Assembly (NCBI RefSeq): GCF_009914755.1
Contig: NC_060930.1
Strand: one strand, 5' to 3'
Length of the DNA stretch: 64,000 nucleotides
From: the human T2T-CHM13v2.0 reference genome, Homo sapiens
Under the pieces are notes generated by a model, which worked only from the letters and a program-made list of their open reading frames with translations, was not told where the DNA came from and made no database searches. This document shows positions 29,730-46,133 of the stretch, piece after piece. How positions within the stretch are numbered: position 1 is the first letter of the stretch; every line of letters starts with the position of its first letter. The position numbers were made by a program, and so were the translations under genes.

Positions 29730-29774
29730 TGTAAGTGACTCAGTAGCATGGATGCTGGTACTGAGTCACTTACA
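29730..29774. repeat. Perfect 16-bp inverted repeat carrying two AP-1 sites
   Basis: tgtaagtgactcagta / 13-nt loop / tactgagtcacttaca. Confidence 0.9.
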
Positions 29775-29794
29775 ATTATGGTACAGTATGAAGT

Positions 29795-30010
29795 AGTTTA
29801 TAATTATTTAGTGGTTAGGTGTGTGGCTCTGACACCAGGTTGAATTCTGGCTCCAGGATTTCCTGCTGTGTGACCTTGGGCCAGTTAACCTATCTGTGCC
29901 TCAGTTTGTCCATTTGTGAAATGAGAATAATTCCATCAGATAGTTGTAAGGATTAAATAATTGTAGAACACTTTGAATGGTACCTGGTATATACAGAGTA
30001 CTAAATCATA
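29795..30010 (+). mobile_element. MIR SINE
   Basis: 'gctgtgtgaccttgggccagttaacctatctgtgcctcagtttgtccatttgtgaaatg'. Confidence 0.85.
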
Positions 30011-30029
30011 TTACGTAAAATGGTGTGGT

Positions 30030-30700
30030 GCAGAGTATAAGTGCTGGAGGAATTCAGAAATGGAGAAGGTAAGTTGAGGGATGTGTGGTCAGGAGAGGCT
30101 TTCTTGGTGGGGCTTGAAATGGGTTGAAGATTTGAGTCAGGCTCTAAGAGAACAATAGTAGATGGTGTTCCAGACAAGGGGACAATGTGCATAAGGACGC
30201 AGAAGAAATTGTTATGTCCTAGACTCTGTAAGGAAACTGACTAGGGTAATGGGAAACTAGATTGAGTATGTGATTTTGGGGATGGGAGGTGAGGGATATT
30301 GATAAATGGGCACTAAAGATTAGTTTTTATACAGGGGCACCAGATGCTCATTTGGGCCACTAGGGATTTCTGAGCTGTGAAATGACCAAAGGAACTTGAA
30401 GTTCAAGCAGATGAGTCAAGTGTGGATTTTCAGGGTGGGCTGAAGTGAGGAGCTGTGGCACGGGTCGGAAAGCCAGCCAGGAAGCCGTTCTGATAGTTCA
30501 CCTCATTGGAGCTGGACTAAGTGACAGCCTTGGGCATAAAGAGGCAGGTGTAAGTCTTGGTATTGTTTTGAAACAGTACTGTAATGTACAGGATTTGATG
30601 ACTGATGGAGGTGCAAGGGAGACAAGTGCAAGGTGACCTGAGCCTCTAATCCTGCCTGAATGGCTGTGTAAAAAACTGGTCAGAGGGAGGAGAGTGGGCA
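30030..30700 (-). mobile_element. L2 LINE fragment (degraded)
   Basis: Purine-rich antisense L2-like 'gtcaggagaggcttcttgg...tgttccagacaaggggacaatgtgcataagg'. Confidence 0.55.
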
Positions 30701-31429
30701 GGAGGAGCTGGTTAAGGGAAGGTTTAGTGTAAACAGGAGAGCAGTTCCTCACCCACCCCTTACAACCAAGAGGAGCCCATTTTCCAAACTGAGATGGCTT
30801 CTTTTGGGCTGCAGTTTGAATCCAGGAGCAGTAGGCAAGGCTGGCATTTTCCCCATTCATTCACAGGGTATCCAGCTCCACCTGGTCCACTTGATGCAGA
30901 CCCCACATGCGGTACTGGCTTCTTAGTGGCTACTATTCAACCTTACTGCCAGCTCCCTCTGATCCTCTTGAGCCAAAGGCTTTTCAGAGTGTCCAGTGGG
31001 ACTTGGGCTTCAAACCTGTTTTCCCTTCATAAGGAAGCCTGTAAATCTTGATGGAGATTGGGAATATTGTCTTCCCATCTCTGTATGCATGAACCACAGA
31101 CTTCTGCTATTTCCAATCTCTGCGTAGCCCTCCTGCTTAGAAGACACAGCACAGTGGAAGAAGAGAGCAGCCTTTTACAGCCCCAGGCCTCACAGGATCC
31201 TCTGAAAAGACTCGGAGCTTCATGCTCAGAATCACCCTGTCAGGAGCACTCTGTCACGGAAGGCTGTAATTTTAGGATAAGAAAGAGCCCTGGTTTCCCC
31301 CAGGCCAAGGCTTTATCCCAAACTCCCAAGTAAAAGCATTATCACAGCAGGGTGGATTGAGTTAAGGACCTTATCCATGTTTGCTTTGTCTCAATTATTT
31401 TTAGAGGAGTCTTTTTTTTTTCTCTTTTT

Positions 31430-31880
31430 TGCTCACTGCTTTGTGTCCCACACTGTTCTAATACTTTCCATTTAATCTCTGATTTTCACAACCCACCCCT
31501 ATTAGGAGGGTAGAGTGTTACTCTGTTTTGCAGATGAGGAAATTGAGGCACAGCACAGTTAAGTTTGCCTGGAGTTGCACATCTGGTTATTGGCGTGGCT
31601 GGGATTTGAATCCTGGCAGGGGATTCTGGGGTGTCTGCTCACTCACTGTGTTTCACCATCTCCCTTCAGTTAGCCAGAGCTGCCATTTTCAAGGTGGCAT
31701 TTTCTTTTTCCTCTTTTGAGTTCTAATGAAGAAGTTGTTTTAGGAAAGTCACATGGTAACATAAGAGGGAGCAGGTGCTTTTTTGAGTCCCATGGGCCTG
31801 GTTTGAACACTGGCTGTGCCCACTTATACTAGCTATGCACCTTTGGGCAAGTCTGTTCACCTCTTTAAGCCTCAGTTTCT
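31430..31880. mobile_element. Two MIR fragments (- 31430-31660; + 31760-31880)
   Basis: 'ttttgcagatgaggaaattgaggcacag' and 'ctttgggcaagtctgttcacctctttaagcctcagtttc'. Confidence 0.75.
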
Positions 31881-32594
31881 TAGAAATCTCAGAAATCTGT
31901 TTACTAAAGATATTATGGAAAAGTGAGCAGGTATATGTTTAGTGGCTGTGAGGTTTGGGGTTAGTTATTTAACCTTTTCTATAAGGTGAAGATGCTAATG
32001 CATACCTTCATAAAGGCTTTACTATAAAGCACTTCGAATGAGATCTGGAATGGAGTAAGTAAGGAATGAGTACTGTTGGTACTAGCAGGCTTTCAATACT
32101 TTTTTTGTGTGTGGTGGTAGTAATGGTTTCATTTGGTCCTTTTTGGTTACATTTTATGTACTTTTGACTCTTATAAGCAAAAGTACCTTGCATGGTAGGA
32201 GTTGATAAGATTATAATAGACGAATGAATAAATGTATTCCACCCATGTTTGATTTCCCTGTTTAGCAGTATCTGCCTGGAAAAGCTCCCATCATTCTCGA
32301 TCATATTTGCAGATATGCTAGATGGGGAACTTGGCTTGCTTTCCATTCACCTGTGCCGTTCACGTGTCTCTAGTTTGGCATACAGATATCTATTCTAGTG
32401 GTGCAGTTTTGTTTTTCATCAATGTCATTTGGAATACTTAGCAATCTGCCACTTTGCTTAGATTTTTTGGTTCTTATTTCTTTATCCTTTTGAAATACTC
32501 TACCTTTTTATTGTAAAGACCATCCTGATTAACCATGACTTTTAAATTATGAAGATTCATAATCACACTGCTAAAAAGTGCCTTTTCCATTAGG

Positions 32595-32741
32595 TCTTTC
32601 CTTTCTTTCCTTCTCTTTCTTTCTTTCTCTTCCTCCCCTTCTCCTTCCCCTCCCCCTCCCCCTTCCCCTTTTCCTTCCTCCTTCTCTCTCTCTCTTTCTC
32701 TTTCTTTCTTTCTCTCTTTCTTTCTCTTTCTCTCTCTTTCT
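32595..32741. repeat. Polypyrimidine low-complexity tract
   Basis: ~147 bp of only C/T. Confidence 0.95.
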
Positions 32742-33279
32742 GTCTCTTTCTCTGTGTGTTTGTTTTGCTTTGTTGCTTCCTATCCTTCATTGCTTAGGCC
32801 TTACTTTCTATCCTACTTATTTCCCCTATAGTCCTGGCTTATTCTCCACATTCCTGCTCTATGACATCTGAAATTCATGAATGGGATTTTTCTTTTTAGT
32901 TATCTTTCATCGATAGCTGTTACCTTTCCCCCTTGGATTCCAGAAGATCGTTTTACTAAATAAAAGGTTTTGGTCTTCATCCTGTTATGCCAATGGGTAG
33001 TTTCCAGCACAGGAAGTTGGTTTTCACATCTAATGGGATCATCTCCCAATATTCTGAACTCTCTCCAAGTCTATTGGAATATTCATCATCTTGTTTTTAA
33101 TATTGACCTTTACACTTTTTTCATTACCTTACTGTGGGGGGACTTAGAGGTGGTAGGTACATCTCTCCTGGGCTATGTTTGGAGGCTCAGCAACATAAGT
33201 AGATGAAGCACAGAAAGATGGAATGAGGAAGGGAAGCTTCAGCAGGAAGGAAGGTGAACGGATTGTCTATGTGGTGCTG

Positions 33280-33455
33280 CCAGCCCAGGCTGTGGAGCCT
33301 TAGCAGAACAGGGTTCAGACTCGGCCCTGTTGCACATTCCCTGTGTGTGTGACCTGGGCAAGCTGTTTTATTCTTCCAAATCCCAGGTTGCTTTTTGTGT
33401 AAAAAAGGGATGTTAATGTTTACCACATAGAGTTACATTAGGGTTGAGTGAGATG
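33280..33455 (+). mobile_element. MIR SINE
   Basis: 'gtgtgtgacctgggcaagctg...tttttgtgtaaaaaagggatgttaatg'. Confidence 0.7.
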
Positions 33456-33752
33456 TCCTCTGGTGGGCTCTGGTTTGTCTCTCCTCTTTCCTTTATCTTT
33501 TCTCTCTGTTCTGCTTGTTTCTGGCAAAGCCATTTTCTCTGTTTTTGTGCAGTTCCTCTCATGGAAATTATTTATACTTTTTTAAACTTGGGAACGTTAT
33601 ATCTCCTAAGAAGTATCAACTTGCCTCGTTTCTGTTACCACAGCCACTGATGTAGCTGAGGCCCCTTCCTCGCTTGTAAGCTGCTCATCAGAAATGACAC
33701 TTCTTCCCTGTTACTTTGGCTGAGGGAAGAGTTTTATGCTTATCTCACATAA

Positions 33753-34360
<608 letters not shown>

Positions 34361-35044
34361 TAGCTTTGAGAGTTCTCAGAAGCAAGTTTTATTTTTGCAT
34401 AGAGGACCCCTACTCTCTCCCCTTCTGCTTTTTTTACTCTCTACAAATGGCATTACTTCATGGAGCCACAATCTTAGGTGGTTTTTAAATCTTCAAAAAG
34501 CTAGGAGACTCAAAATGGTTAGAGGAGGGAAATTGCTGTACTTTTTCTTCCAACCAGTCTAGGGCAAGGGAGGAAGCCCAATTTGTGTAGCACTCTTTCC
34601 TTCATGGAGGATACCCCCTATAATCTAGGTGCAAGTCTGGGAAAATTCATGCTCAGATGAACACATAGGTTGGCTCATTAAATAACACCCGTTTCTGTGA
34701 AGGACACTTGCAGAGAGCTAAAGGGCAGGAAAGTTGGTGAGTAAGAAGTACAAAACAGTAGATTAATAAACGTGTGATTATTCCTTTCAGTATTCAGAAT
34801 TTAATGAGCATATATTACAGATACAAATCTGTATCTTAAAATAGTTGATAGCCTCTAGAGAAGGGATGGGGTGGACTGTTAGGTGCTGAGGCCAGTGGCC
34901 AATGGCCAGTTGGATGGCCTTGAGGTGGTTCTGACAAATTTTAAGGTACAGAGATTGGAGGACCTGGCACAGGAGTAAGCCTGACTTCAGTTCGAGCCTC
35001 AAATCTGCCTTGGACAGAGTAATTTTTCTCTTTTAACCATATTG

Positions 35045-35558
35045 GTTTTTGTTTTGTTTTGTTTTTGTTTTTTGTTTTGAGATGGAGTCTGGCTCTGTTG
35101 CCCAGGCTGGAGTACAGTGGTGTGCGTCTCAGCTCACTGCAACCTCGGCCTCCCGGGTTCAAGCAATTCTCCTGCCTCAGCCTGCCGAGTAACTCGGATT
35201 ACAGGCACCCACCACCGCCCCTGGCTATTTATATTTTTAACAGAGATAGGGTTTCACCGTGTTGGCCAGGCTGGTCTTGAACTCCTCAGGCGATCCGCCT
35301 GAGGATCTGGAGTGCAGTGGTGCGATCTTGACTCACTGCAATCTCCGCCTCCCAAGTTCAAGAGATTCTCCTGCCTCAGCCTCCTGAGTAGCTGGGATTA
35401 CAAGCGTGCATCACCACACCTGGCTAATTTTTGTATTTTTAGCAGAGATGAGGTTTCACCATGTTGGCCAGGCTGGTCTTAAACTCCTGACCTCAAGTGA
35501 TCTATCCGTCTCAACCTCCCAAAGTGCTGGGATTACAGGCATGAGCCACCATGCCCAG
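35045..35558 (-). mobile_element. Two fused, partially deleted AluS elements
   Basis: First Alu breaks at ~35300 (gatccgcctga) and joins a tailless second Alu. Confidence 0.85.
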
Positions 35559-35559
35559 C

Positions 35560-36085
35560 AGTTCTTCTTTTTTATTGCCAAATAATATTCCATTGTATGA
35601 GTATACCATATGTTCATCCATTCATCAGTTAATGGAAATTTATGTTGTTTCCATATTTTGGTTTTTGTGAATGATGCTACTTTGAACATCCATATACAAA
35701 GTTTTGTGTAGACCTATGCTTTCATTTCTCTTGGAGTGAATTGCTGAGTTATATGTTAACTCTGTTTAACTTTTTGAGGACCTGCTATATTGTTTTTCAA
35801 AGTGGCTGTATCATTTTACAATCCCACCAGAAATGTATGAGTGTTCCAATTTCTCCATATACTCACTGACATTTGTTATTGTCCATTTTATTTTATCCTA
35901 GTGGATATAAAGTGATTTTTGATTTGTCTTTCCCTCATGACTATTACTATTGAACATCCTTCTGTGTGCTTATTAGCCATTTGTGTATCTTCTTTGGAAA
36001 GATGATTTTTCAAATCATTTGGACATCTTTGAATTGGGTTACTTGCCTTTCTGTTGTTGAGTTGTATGAGTAGTTCCTCTTTGGA
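35560..36085 (-). mobile_element. L1 (L1MB-like) ORF2 C-terminal fragment
   Basis: Translations NPIQRCPNDLKNHLSKEDTQMANKH and [15 protein letters not shown] match L1 ORF2 C-terminal motifs. Confidence 0.9.
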
Positions 36086-36221
36086 AGTTTTATTTGGCAG
36101 TCTGGAATTCAAATTTATGTCCGTGATCATTCTATCACTACTTTTGTGGACGAAATGTCTTTGGCGAAATAGATTTTTTTTGACACTTGCTATTAGTAAT
36201 GGAAGCATAGAAAGATTTTAA

Positions 36222-36528
<307 letters not shown>

Positions 36529-36795
36529 TAAATTTATACATGGAAAAACTGTAACAGTGTTTTGGAAGCAACTGCCCTTCCTTCAAACAGTTGACTTCCT
36601 TGGATAGCATACCAGTGTTCTAGTTTCTTCCAACCCTTTTGTTGCTTTGACTGACATCTTCCAAAAGAATTGTCAGGGCTAATGCCTTTGAAAAAATACT
36701 AACAAATTAGATGGAATTAATGCAATTAAACATTATTTTTATTTGAGAGTCTTGTGGCTTTCTTTGAATATGGCAGTCAATAGCTGATATTTTAG

Positions 36796-37322
<527 letters not shown>

Positions 37323-37972
37323 ACCCCCAGGTACTTTATAACACTAGGTGAAATTGGTTTTTTAGTCACTGAAGTCTTTTGAGCTTGCCAAGAGCTTGGT
37401 TAGCTTTAAATCATTTTGGCATTACTCTAGGACCCTGTCTGGTTATTATCAGTTTTCTCATTTGAAGTTACATATCATTCAGCGGTCATGCTTACATCCG
37501 TTTCCCTGGAATCTCATGCAAGAAGAAAAAAATCCTTGCTTCATAGTAAGTGTTGGAAAGTGGGCGTCGTGACAAGTTGGCTCTGACCCAGCTTCCCTTG
37601 CTCTTACACATGTGAAACCTGTTTCTTTTGGCTAGGGCCAAGAACCTGTCGACATCTCAGCTAAAACAATCTAGTCTTATTCCCCTCTCTTTTCACCTCC
37701 CACCCCACCCCCAGCCTATTTTTCTCCTTTTCCTTCACATTTTATTTTATAAGGCTGTTGTGGGTCACTTTTTCTAGTTATTTCAAACATTGGATTCTTC
37801 AGGTGTCTTCTTTCATTTGTTTTTATTTTCCTTCTTAGAACAGTGGCCATGTGAAGCCATTCATATTTACTCTAATGTAAGAAAATCATTTTGAGTTTTG
37901 TCTGCTGGACATGCTTAGGAGATTTAACTCTGTTTTCATTCTTCTGGACAGTGATAGGCTGGTTCCCTCTTG

Positions 37973-38260
<288 letters not shown>

Positions 38261-38657
38261 TGGTTTACATTTTTTAATGCCCGTCTTCAGAGTCAAAACT
38301 GGGATTGCCCTGGTGTTAGTTTGCATTAAAAATTGCTGATATGAGATTTATGCAGAGCTGGGACTTGCTGATATTGTTGGACTTTGTCATCTGTACTTGA
38401 AATATGAGAAAGGGAACTGCTTAAAATATCTGGGCTCCCTTTCCGGTAGCTTTAGTTGTTTCCCATCTTTAAACCAAATGCTGAAGGCATAACATTTAAA
38501 TTAATGTATTGCTAAAGGCCGAGTGGATAAAATACACAACAGCTTTATAATATTAAAAGCTTCATTGGTACTTAACGTGTTCAGCTGCCAGCTGCATAAG
38601 GAGAACCTTGAAAGAAAGAGGGTACAAATTACTTATTTAAAATACTTTCTCCTGGTG

Positions 38658-39105
<448 letters not shown>

Positions 39106-39877
39106 TTACCTTCAATGGAGAAATTCAGGCCAGGGCAGCAGCAGAAGTAGAAAGACCTCCACTGTCACTGAGGTAGAGACTCTGAAGGGCGCAAGATTCT
39201 GATTGTGCCTGTCCTCACAGTGGAGGGAGGCCTTTGGAGGGCCTTTTTTGCCTTTGTAGCAGGCGGGAACACTCAGGTCTGTGACTGTCAAGCGGAAGCT
39301 GGTGAAGGTCCTCCAACTGTAGATGGCTCAGGATATAGTACTGAGGTCATTATCTTTAGATTTTCTATATTCCTTCCAGGCTGAGGGAAACATGTCCAGT
39401 CTTCTTTCAACAGTTCATTTGCTTCCATTGCCAGGCCTTTTATGAGAATGTTCTAGTGCTTAGAATATGTTTCCTTCCTTAATGGTCAAAGTGCTACCAT
39501 ATTTTTAAACACACCCTGGGTTTCTAATTCCTACAAGAAGGCTCTAATACATGATAATGGCGGTGATAGCTCCCAAGGATATTCGGTTCCCTCACTTTTC
39601 ATTCACTCCATCTCCAACATGTACAGGATGAATGGCCCCTTTGCTGATAATTCATGTGAAATATATTCCCCGTGACACCTAGATAAGCAAATTTATTGGG
39701 AGCTAAAATTCTATAAGAAACTACTTTTATTTCAAAAATAAAGCTTAAAACTGATATGTAGCTTCATCTATTCAGCAAACATTTGATCCGGTATCTACTA
39801 TGCTGGATACCTAGCAGATACAAAGATGAATCTCATGTAGGTGGACCTTGATCTCAAGAGGCTTAGAGTCTAGAAAG

Positions 39878-39930
39878 ATACATACATGTTACATACATAC
39901 ATATACATTCCTATACATACATACATATTA
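39878..39930. repeat. Imperfect (ATAC)n repeat
   Basis: atacatacatgttacatacatacatatac... Confidence 0.8.
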
Positions 39931-39993
39931 CATCCTTTTTACTCTATTAAACAGGTAAAATGCAAGGGGAATTCAGAGGAGAGAAGATAGTCA

Positions 39994-40385
<392 letters not shown>

Positions 40386-41585
40386 GGAAGGAAGATCAGA
40401 CATGCTATTGTGGAGGCTGCGGCCTTTGAAGGAGGAGGAGAATTGAGGCATGGGACAGTGGGGAGAAAGGTGAGGAAGGCAGAAGAAACTGTGCTGGTTT
40501 AGAGAATGGCTAAATTTTGCTGAATCAATGGGGTATAAAGGAGAGATAAAGATAGTAAGATCAGAAAAAAGAAGTTGTGGCTGGTTCACACAAGGCATGA
40601 AATCCTTCATTGGGTTGTTTTGACCTCATCTCAAGATTGAAGGATGCCACCGAAGGTTTTAGAGTGGGCAAGTAATAATCAGACTCTGGCATTAGGAGAA
40701 TTAATCTACAGTGTCTGTAGTGGGAAAACTTATTAGGACAAAATCAGTTACACCTCATAGCCTTTACTGCTCCCTAACTTGGTCTGATTTATATCATGGA
40801 CACTTTCTTTTGTCATTGAATTTCCTAGCATATGATTTTAAATGATGCTTCCACAGCTTCTCCCACCCTACCCCACACCTCCCTCTGTAGTGACCTCTCT
40901 TCCACTTAGGGCACCTATTGACCTGTTCTTTTCTCCTTCCTTCCATCTAAGCTGGGAAAGGTCTGATATGTCATTTATTCATAATTAAATAAAATGCAGC
41001 CAAAGCAAATACATTACCTCTCATCCATTTTAAAGCACATTATAAGCCATTTATTTTTAATTGCAGTTTAAAAAGCTTTTCTTTATAAGAATTTCAGGCA
41101 TCAAGCAAATTGGGAACAATCCTTTTATGCCTATTCAACTGGCCCTAAAAAATCAATCTTATTTAGGCTTTTTTGGAATAAGAGAGCAGGAGGAGTCTCC
41201 AATATCCTCCTCAAAGACAGCTGTCCTCTCCTTTGAGGAATGGAGTGAAATTGCTCTGTAGAAAAGGCCGTGTCATTGCCCCTGCCCTGGCACAAATCAG
41301 TCTGTTCCTTATGTACATACACTTCTGCCCCTCAGTGGATAAATGTGTGTGTGTGTCACGTGCCACTAGTGGCCATGGCTCTGTGCCATGCACATAACCG
41401 AACACACTCATTCTTCCATCCCTCCCCCAAGAAGCCTATTTTGGTCAAATTTGAACTTTTACTTTTTACTTAAGTTTTATTTGTTTTCTGATTCTGGGAT
41501 ACCCAGAAATGGTCCCCACGTTGCTTTTGTTTGTTTGTCTTCTCCTCTCTGAGTTTGAAAGAGTCTTATAAAACAAGTATTTCTG

Positions 41586-41935
<350 letters not shown>

Positions 41936-42443
41936 TTACTTGACTGTCCTAATAATTATGAATTTTCTAAAAATATTTGATTTTAGATTACATAAGGCTT
42001 AGAGCACTGATTTTAGGTTCTTTTGGAGGTAGCATTTAAGGAGTATAAGGGAGCCAATTAAAGAATACCTTCTTTATTGTCTCTGTTCTAGGAGCCCTTC
42101 CCTACAGGGCCAGGCCCTTTACCTCACAGGTTGGAGCAGATCAGAATGCACACCTCCTGTGGACAGGGCAATGGAACCCCTCCAGCAGCCTCACTGGAGT
42201 GATTTCACAAGTCTTCTCAATAAATTTACTTAATTTGATCCTGTGTATTTCATCAGGTTTGTGGAGTTTGCCTGCAGATCTTGTTGATTCAGTGGGCATC
42301 TTAGTTGTGGTATGCATTCAGTAAATATTTTTATTGTGAACAAGTGCAGTTTGTTTTAGCAATATTATAATATACACTATGGTGAAGTAATTAGTTGCCT
42401 TCTGCTATTTGCTTTCAAGTAATCGGAAATAAGAAGTATTTGG

Positions 42444-42610
42444 GGCCAGGCACAGTGGCTTATGCCTGTAATCCCAGCACTTTGGAAGGCTGAGGTGGTT
42501 GGATTGCTTGAGCCCAGGAGTTCCAGGTTACAATGAGCTATGATCGTGCCACTGCACTCCAGCCTAGATGACAGAGTGAGATCCTGTCTCTTTCAAAAAA
42601 AAAAAGAAAA
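42444..42610 (+). mobile_element. Free Alu monomer (FAM/FRAM-like)
   Basis: Single arm plus poly-A. Confidence 0.85.
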
Positions 42611-43519
42611 GGTTTGGGGATATGCTAAGGAGACTTAATGCTTTTCATTTACAGCATTCCCTTGGTATTTGTTAATGGCTGTTCTGCTTAGAAATAGCTG
42701 CAGAGTAGATGATGGTGCAAAAAATCAGCCATAGTGGCTTGAAGATTTCAGGAATATTTTCTACTTCTGTGGCTTTTTCACATCCTGTTCATCTAAGAAA
42801 TATGGTTGCTGCTCCCAGCCATTGTGGGCAGTGGCTTTGGGGGAAGCGCTATAGTGTGAGCACAATGAATTTTGGTCATCTTGGTCCTGGTTAGATGGCC
42901 TATAATGCTCTCATTTCCAGAGTTGGTTTCTCAGAGACTGTTCACTTGTCTTTCAGGCCAAGAATAGTTACAAGATAAGCAGTGGATTTAAAAACAGAGT
43001 GTATTTTGCACTGTCTGATGAGTACATTGTGTCTCCGAAGTTGAGATTCCACATAGTGAGCCTTGGAAAACAACTGCTGGTAAATTCGGAAGATAAAGAA
43101 AAGATTAATTATACATTCCTTATCTTGCGGAGCACTTTGTGTTGACTGATGTAGTTCACTGACCCGAAGATGGAACCAGGAAACCTGGAATGTGATGTTT
43201 TACATTGTTTCTGTTGAAAAATGTACTTAACCAATGTGCAGAGTGTTCAGGGCAATATACTTGGAATGACCTTTGTCCTTGAGGCACTTGTGGGAATCTG
43301 CTTGTGACACACCTAACAAGGATGAGAATTTGGAGGAAAAACAGAAATGAGAGATGATTTAATTTTCATCAGTCCATATACTGGAGAAATATTTTTTCTA
43401 ATGATTCTTAGATATCTTTTCTATATGTTGGATATAAAATTAAGTGAACCAAGATTAGTAGTGCTATTGAGTCTAACTTTTCTAAGACAAAAGTATTATT
43501 TAAAAATTATTAAAATATT

Positions 43520-44163
<644 letters not shown>

Positions 44164-44299
44164 TAACAATTTTATGTATTTATTTTTAGATTTTTTTCCA
44201 TGCTTATACAAATATATTCCATTTTTATTTTGATGATGTTACATAATCCACAACTTGGCTTTTTCCGTTTTTTTTCCTCTGCTGTGTCTCTAACGCTTA

Positions 44300-44445
44300 A
44301 TATATTATTATTATTTTTTATTTTTTTATAGAGATAGGATTTAGCTATGTTGCCTAGGCTGGTCTTGAACTCCTAGGCTCAAACAATCCTCCCACCTCGG
44401 CCTCACAAAGTATTGGGATTACAGGCATGAGCCACTGTGCCCGCC
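44300..44445 (-). mobile_element. FLAM_C-like Alu monomer
   Basis: Antisense left arm. Confidence 0.85.
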
Positions 44446-45692
44446 CAAACTGAATACATTTTGACATTAATTGAGTTTTTATAATGAATTAATGTTGAAT
44501 CAGCAATTTTTAAAAAATCTAATGAACATATAGCTTCTCTTCTTTATTCTGTTAATGGGAACATTGGATTCTCTGATGCTCAACACTCCTGACATTCCTT
44601 GGGGATAACTTTCGTCATTCCTTAAAATTGACAGCCGTTCATTCTTTAAAGACATTTCAGGGATGTCACAAAGCAGCAGAATATATGTATGACCTGGGCT
44701 AGGAAACCTGAGAGGGACATGGTCTAACTTGTGCTGGGAATGTGACTGACAATGTACGATGTACTGTTCAGAGCCAGAGGAAATGATATTGAGATCCAGC
44801 ACCTCTAGGAGCTGTTCTCTATGTAGTTGTTGTTATTAGAGGTGATGCTATTAATTAGAGGTTAATAATATCATTAGCCTACAAAGTATTAGATTCGAAG
44901 TAACATTGTCCTAGTTGTAATCTTGAGGATTATGCATACTGAGGGGTTTGAAATGCTTTGACTGTCTTCAGTTTTGGGGGTTTATTATGTTTCATTTGCT
45001 TTCATAGTTTTTTGAGGATAGCTTAATAATCGGATGAAGTTTCTCATACGATTCCCCAATTAAACTACTTGTTTCTTTTGAGCGCTAGGCCAAACCTTGG
45101 CCATCTCTTCTTTCTTTCGAGGAAGTGAACATTTTCTCTACTTTACCAACTCTCTCTAGAACAACTGGTGAACTTGGCAGTGTATGACAGAGGAATTGGA
45201 GATTTGCTGTGAACAGCCATCACAAGTAGCCAGAGCTTCAGTACTCACTTGAGTTTAAGGTCTAGATTTGAGGTTAGTAGCTTAAATGATGTGACTTACT
45301 GGCTTCTAGGAGCTAAGATGGAGTTCCAGTGTTTACGTTTCATACTCCAAATCTGAAGAGTGAGTGAGGTGGTGGATGATCACTAACAGTTTCTTTGAGC
45401 TCTGTGAGATTTTGATTTTGTATGAATGCACCCACTTCTCTCAGACTGGTCCCTTAATTGAGAACTGAGGTCTTGCAGATAGGGAGTGTAAAGTTAGGAT
45501 CTTGATTTGTATGTAAATTGGGCTGACCTTGTTGATTCATGTCTTTTTTCATCCTGATACTGATTTTTTTTTTTCCTCCTGTGTTTGGGATTGTGCATTG
45601 TACACTTTCTTCTGTCATTGGTATTTACTCTTAGGGAGTGTGGGATTTTTTAAATAGACTTGGTTTTTTTAGAGTTGTATTTGTTGATGTTG

Positions 45693-45882
45693 TTTCTTTT
45701 CTTTTCCCCCTCCCCTCCCCATCCTTCTTTTCTTTTCTTTTTTCTCTTTTCTTTTCCCTTTCCTTTCCTTTTCTTTCCCTTCCCTTTCCTTCCCTTTCCC
45801 CTTCCCTTCCCCCTCCTTTTCCTTTCCCCTTTCCCCTTTCCTTTTCCTTTTCCTTTTCCTTTCCTTTTCTTTCTCTCCCTCT
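45693..45882. repeat. Polypyrimidine (CTTTC/CCCTT-type) tract
   Basis: ~190 bp with a single purine; sits at the tail position of the adjacent AluJ. Confidence 0.95.
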
Positions 45883-46133
45883 GTTGGCCAGGCTGGAGTG
45901 TAGTAGTACAGTCAAAGCTCACTATAACCTTTAACTCCTGGGCTCAGGGCCTACTCCCACCTCGGCCTCCCAAGTAGCTAGGAATACAGGTGTGCATCAC
46001 CATGCTCAGGTAGTTTTGATATGCGGTCTTGCTCCTTTGCCCAGGCTGGTCTTGAACTCTTGGGCTGAAGTGATCATTCTGCCTTGGCCTCCCAAAGTGC
46101 TGGGATTACAGGTGTGAACCACTGCATCCGGCC
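45880..46133 (-). mobile_element. AluJ
   Basis: Antisense Alu with small deletion. Confidence 0.88.

Noticed and set aside
35456-36208. ORFs resembling a real protein
   Set aside because: Degenerate L1 ORF2 C-terminus with frameshifts
45631-45977. K/G/E/R-rich and F/P/L/S-rich ORFs (also 32578-32871)
   Set aside because: Translation of low-complexity pyrimidine tracts
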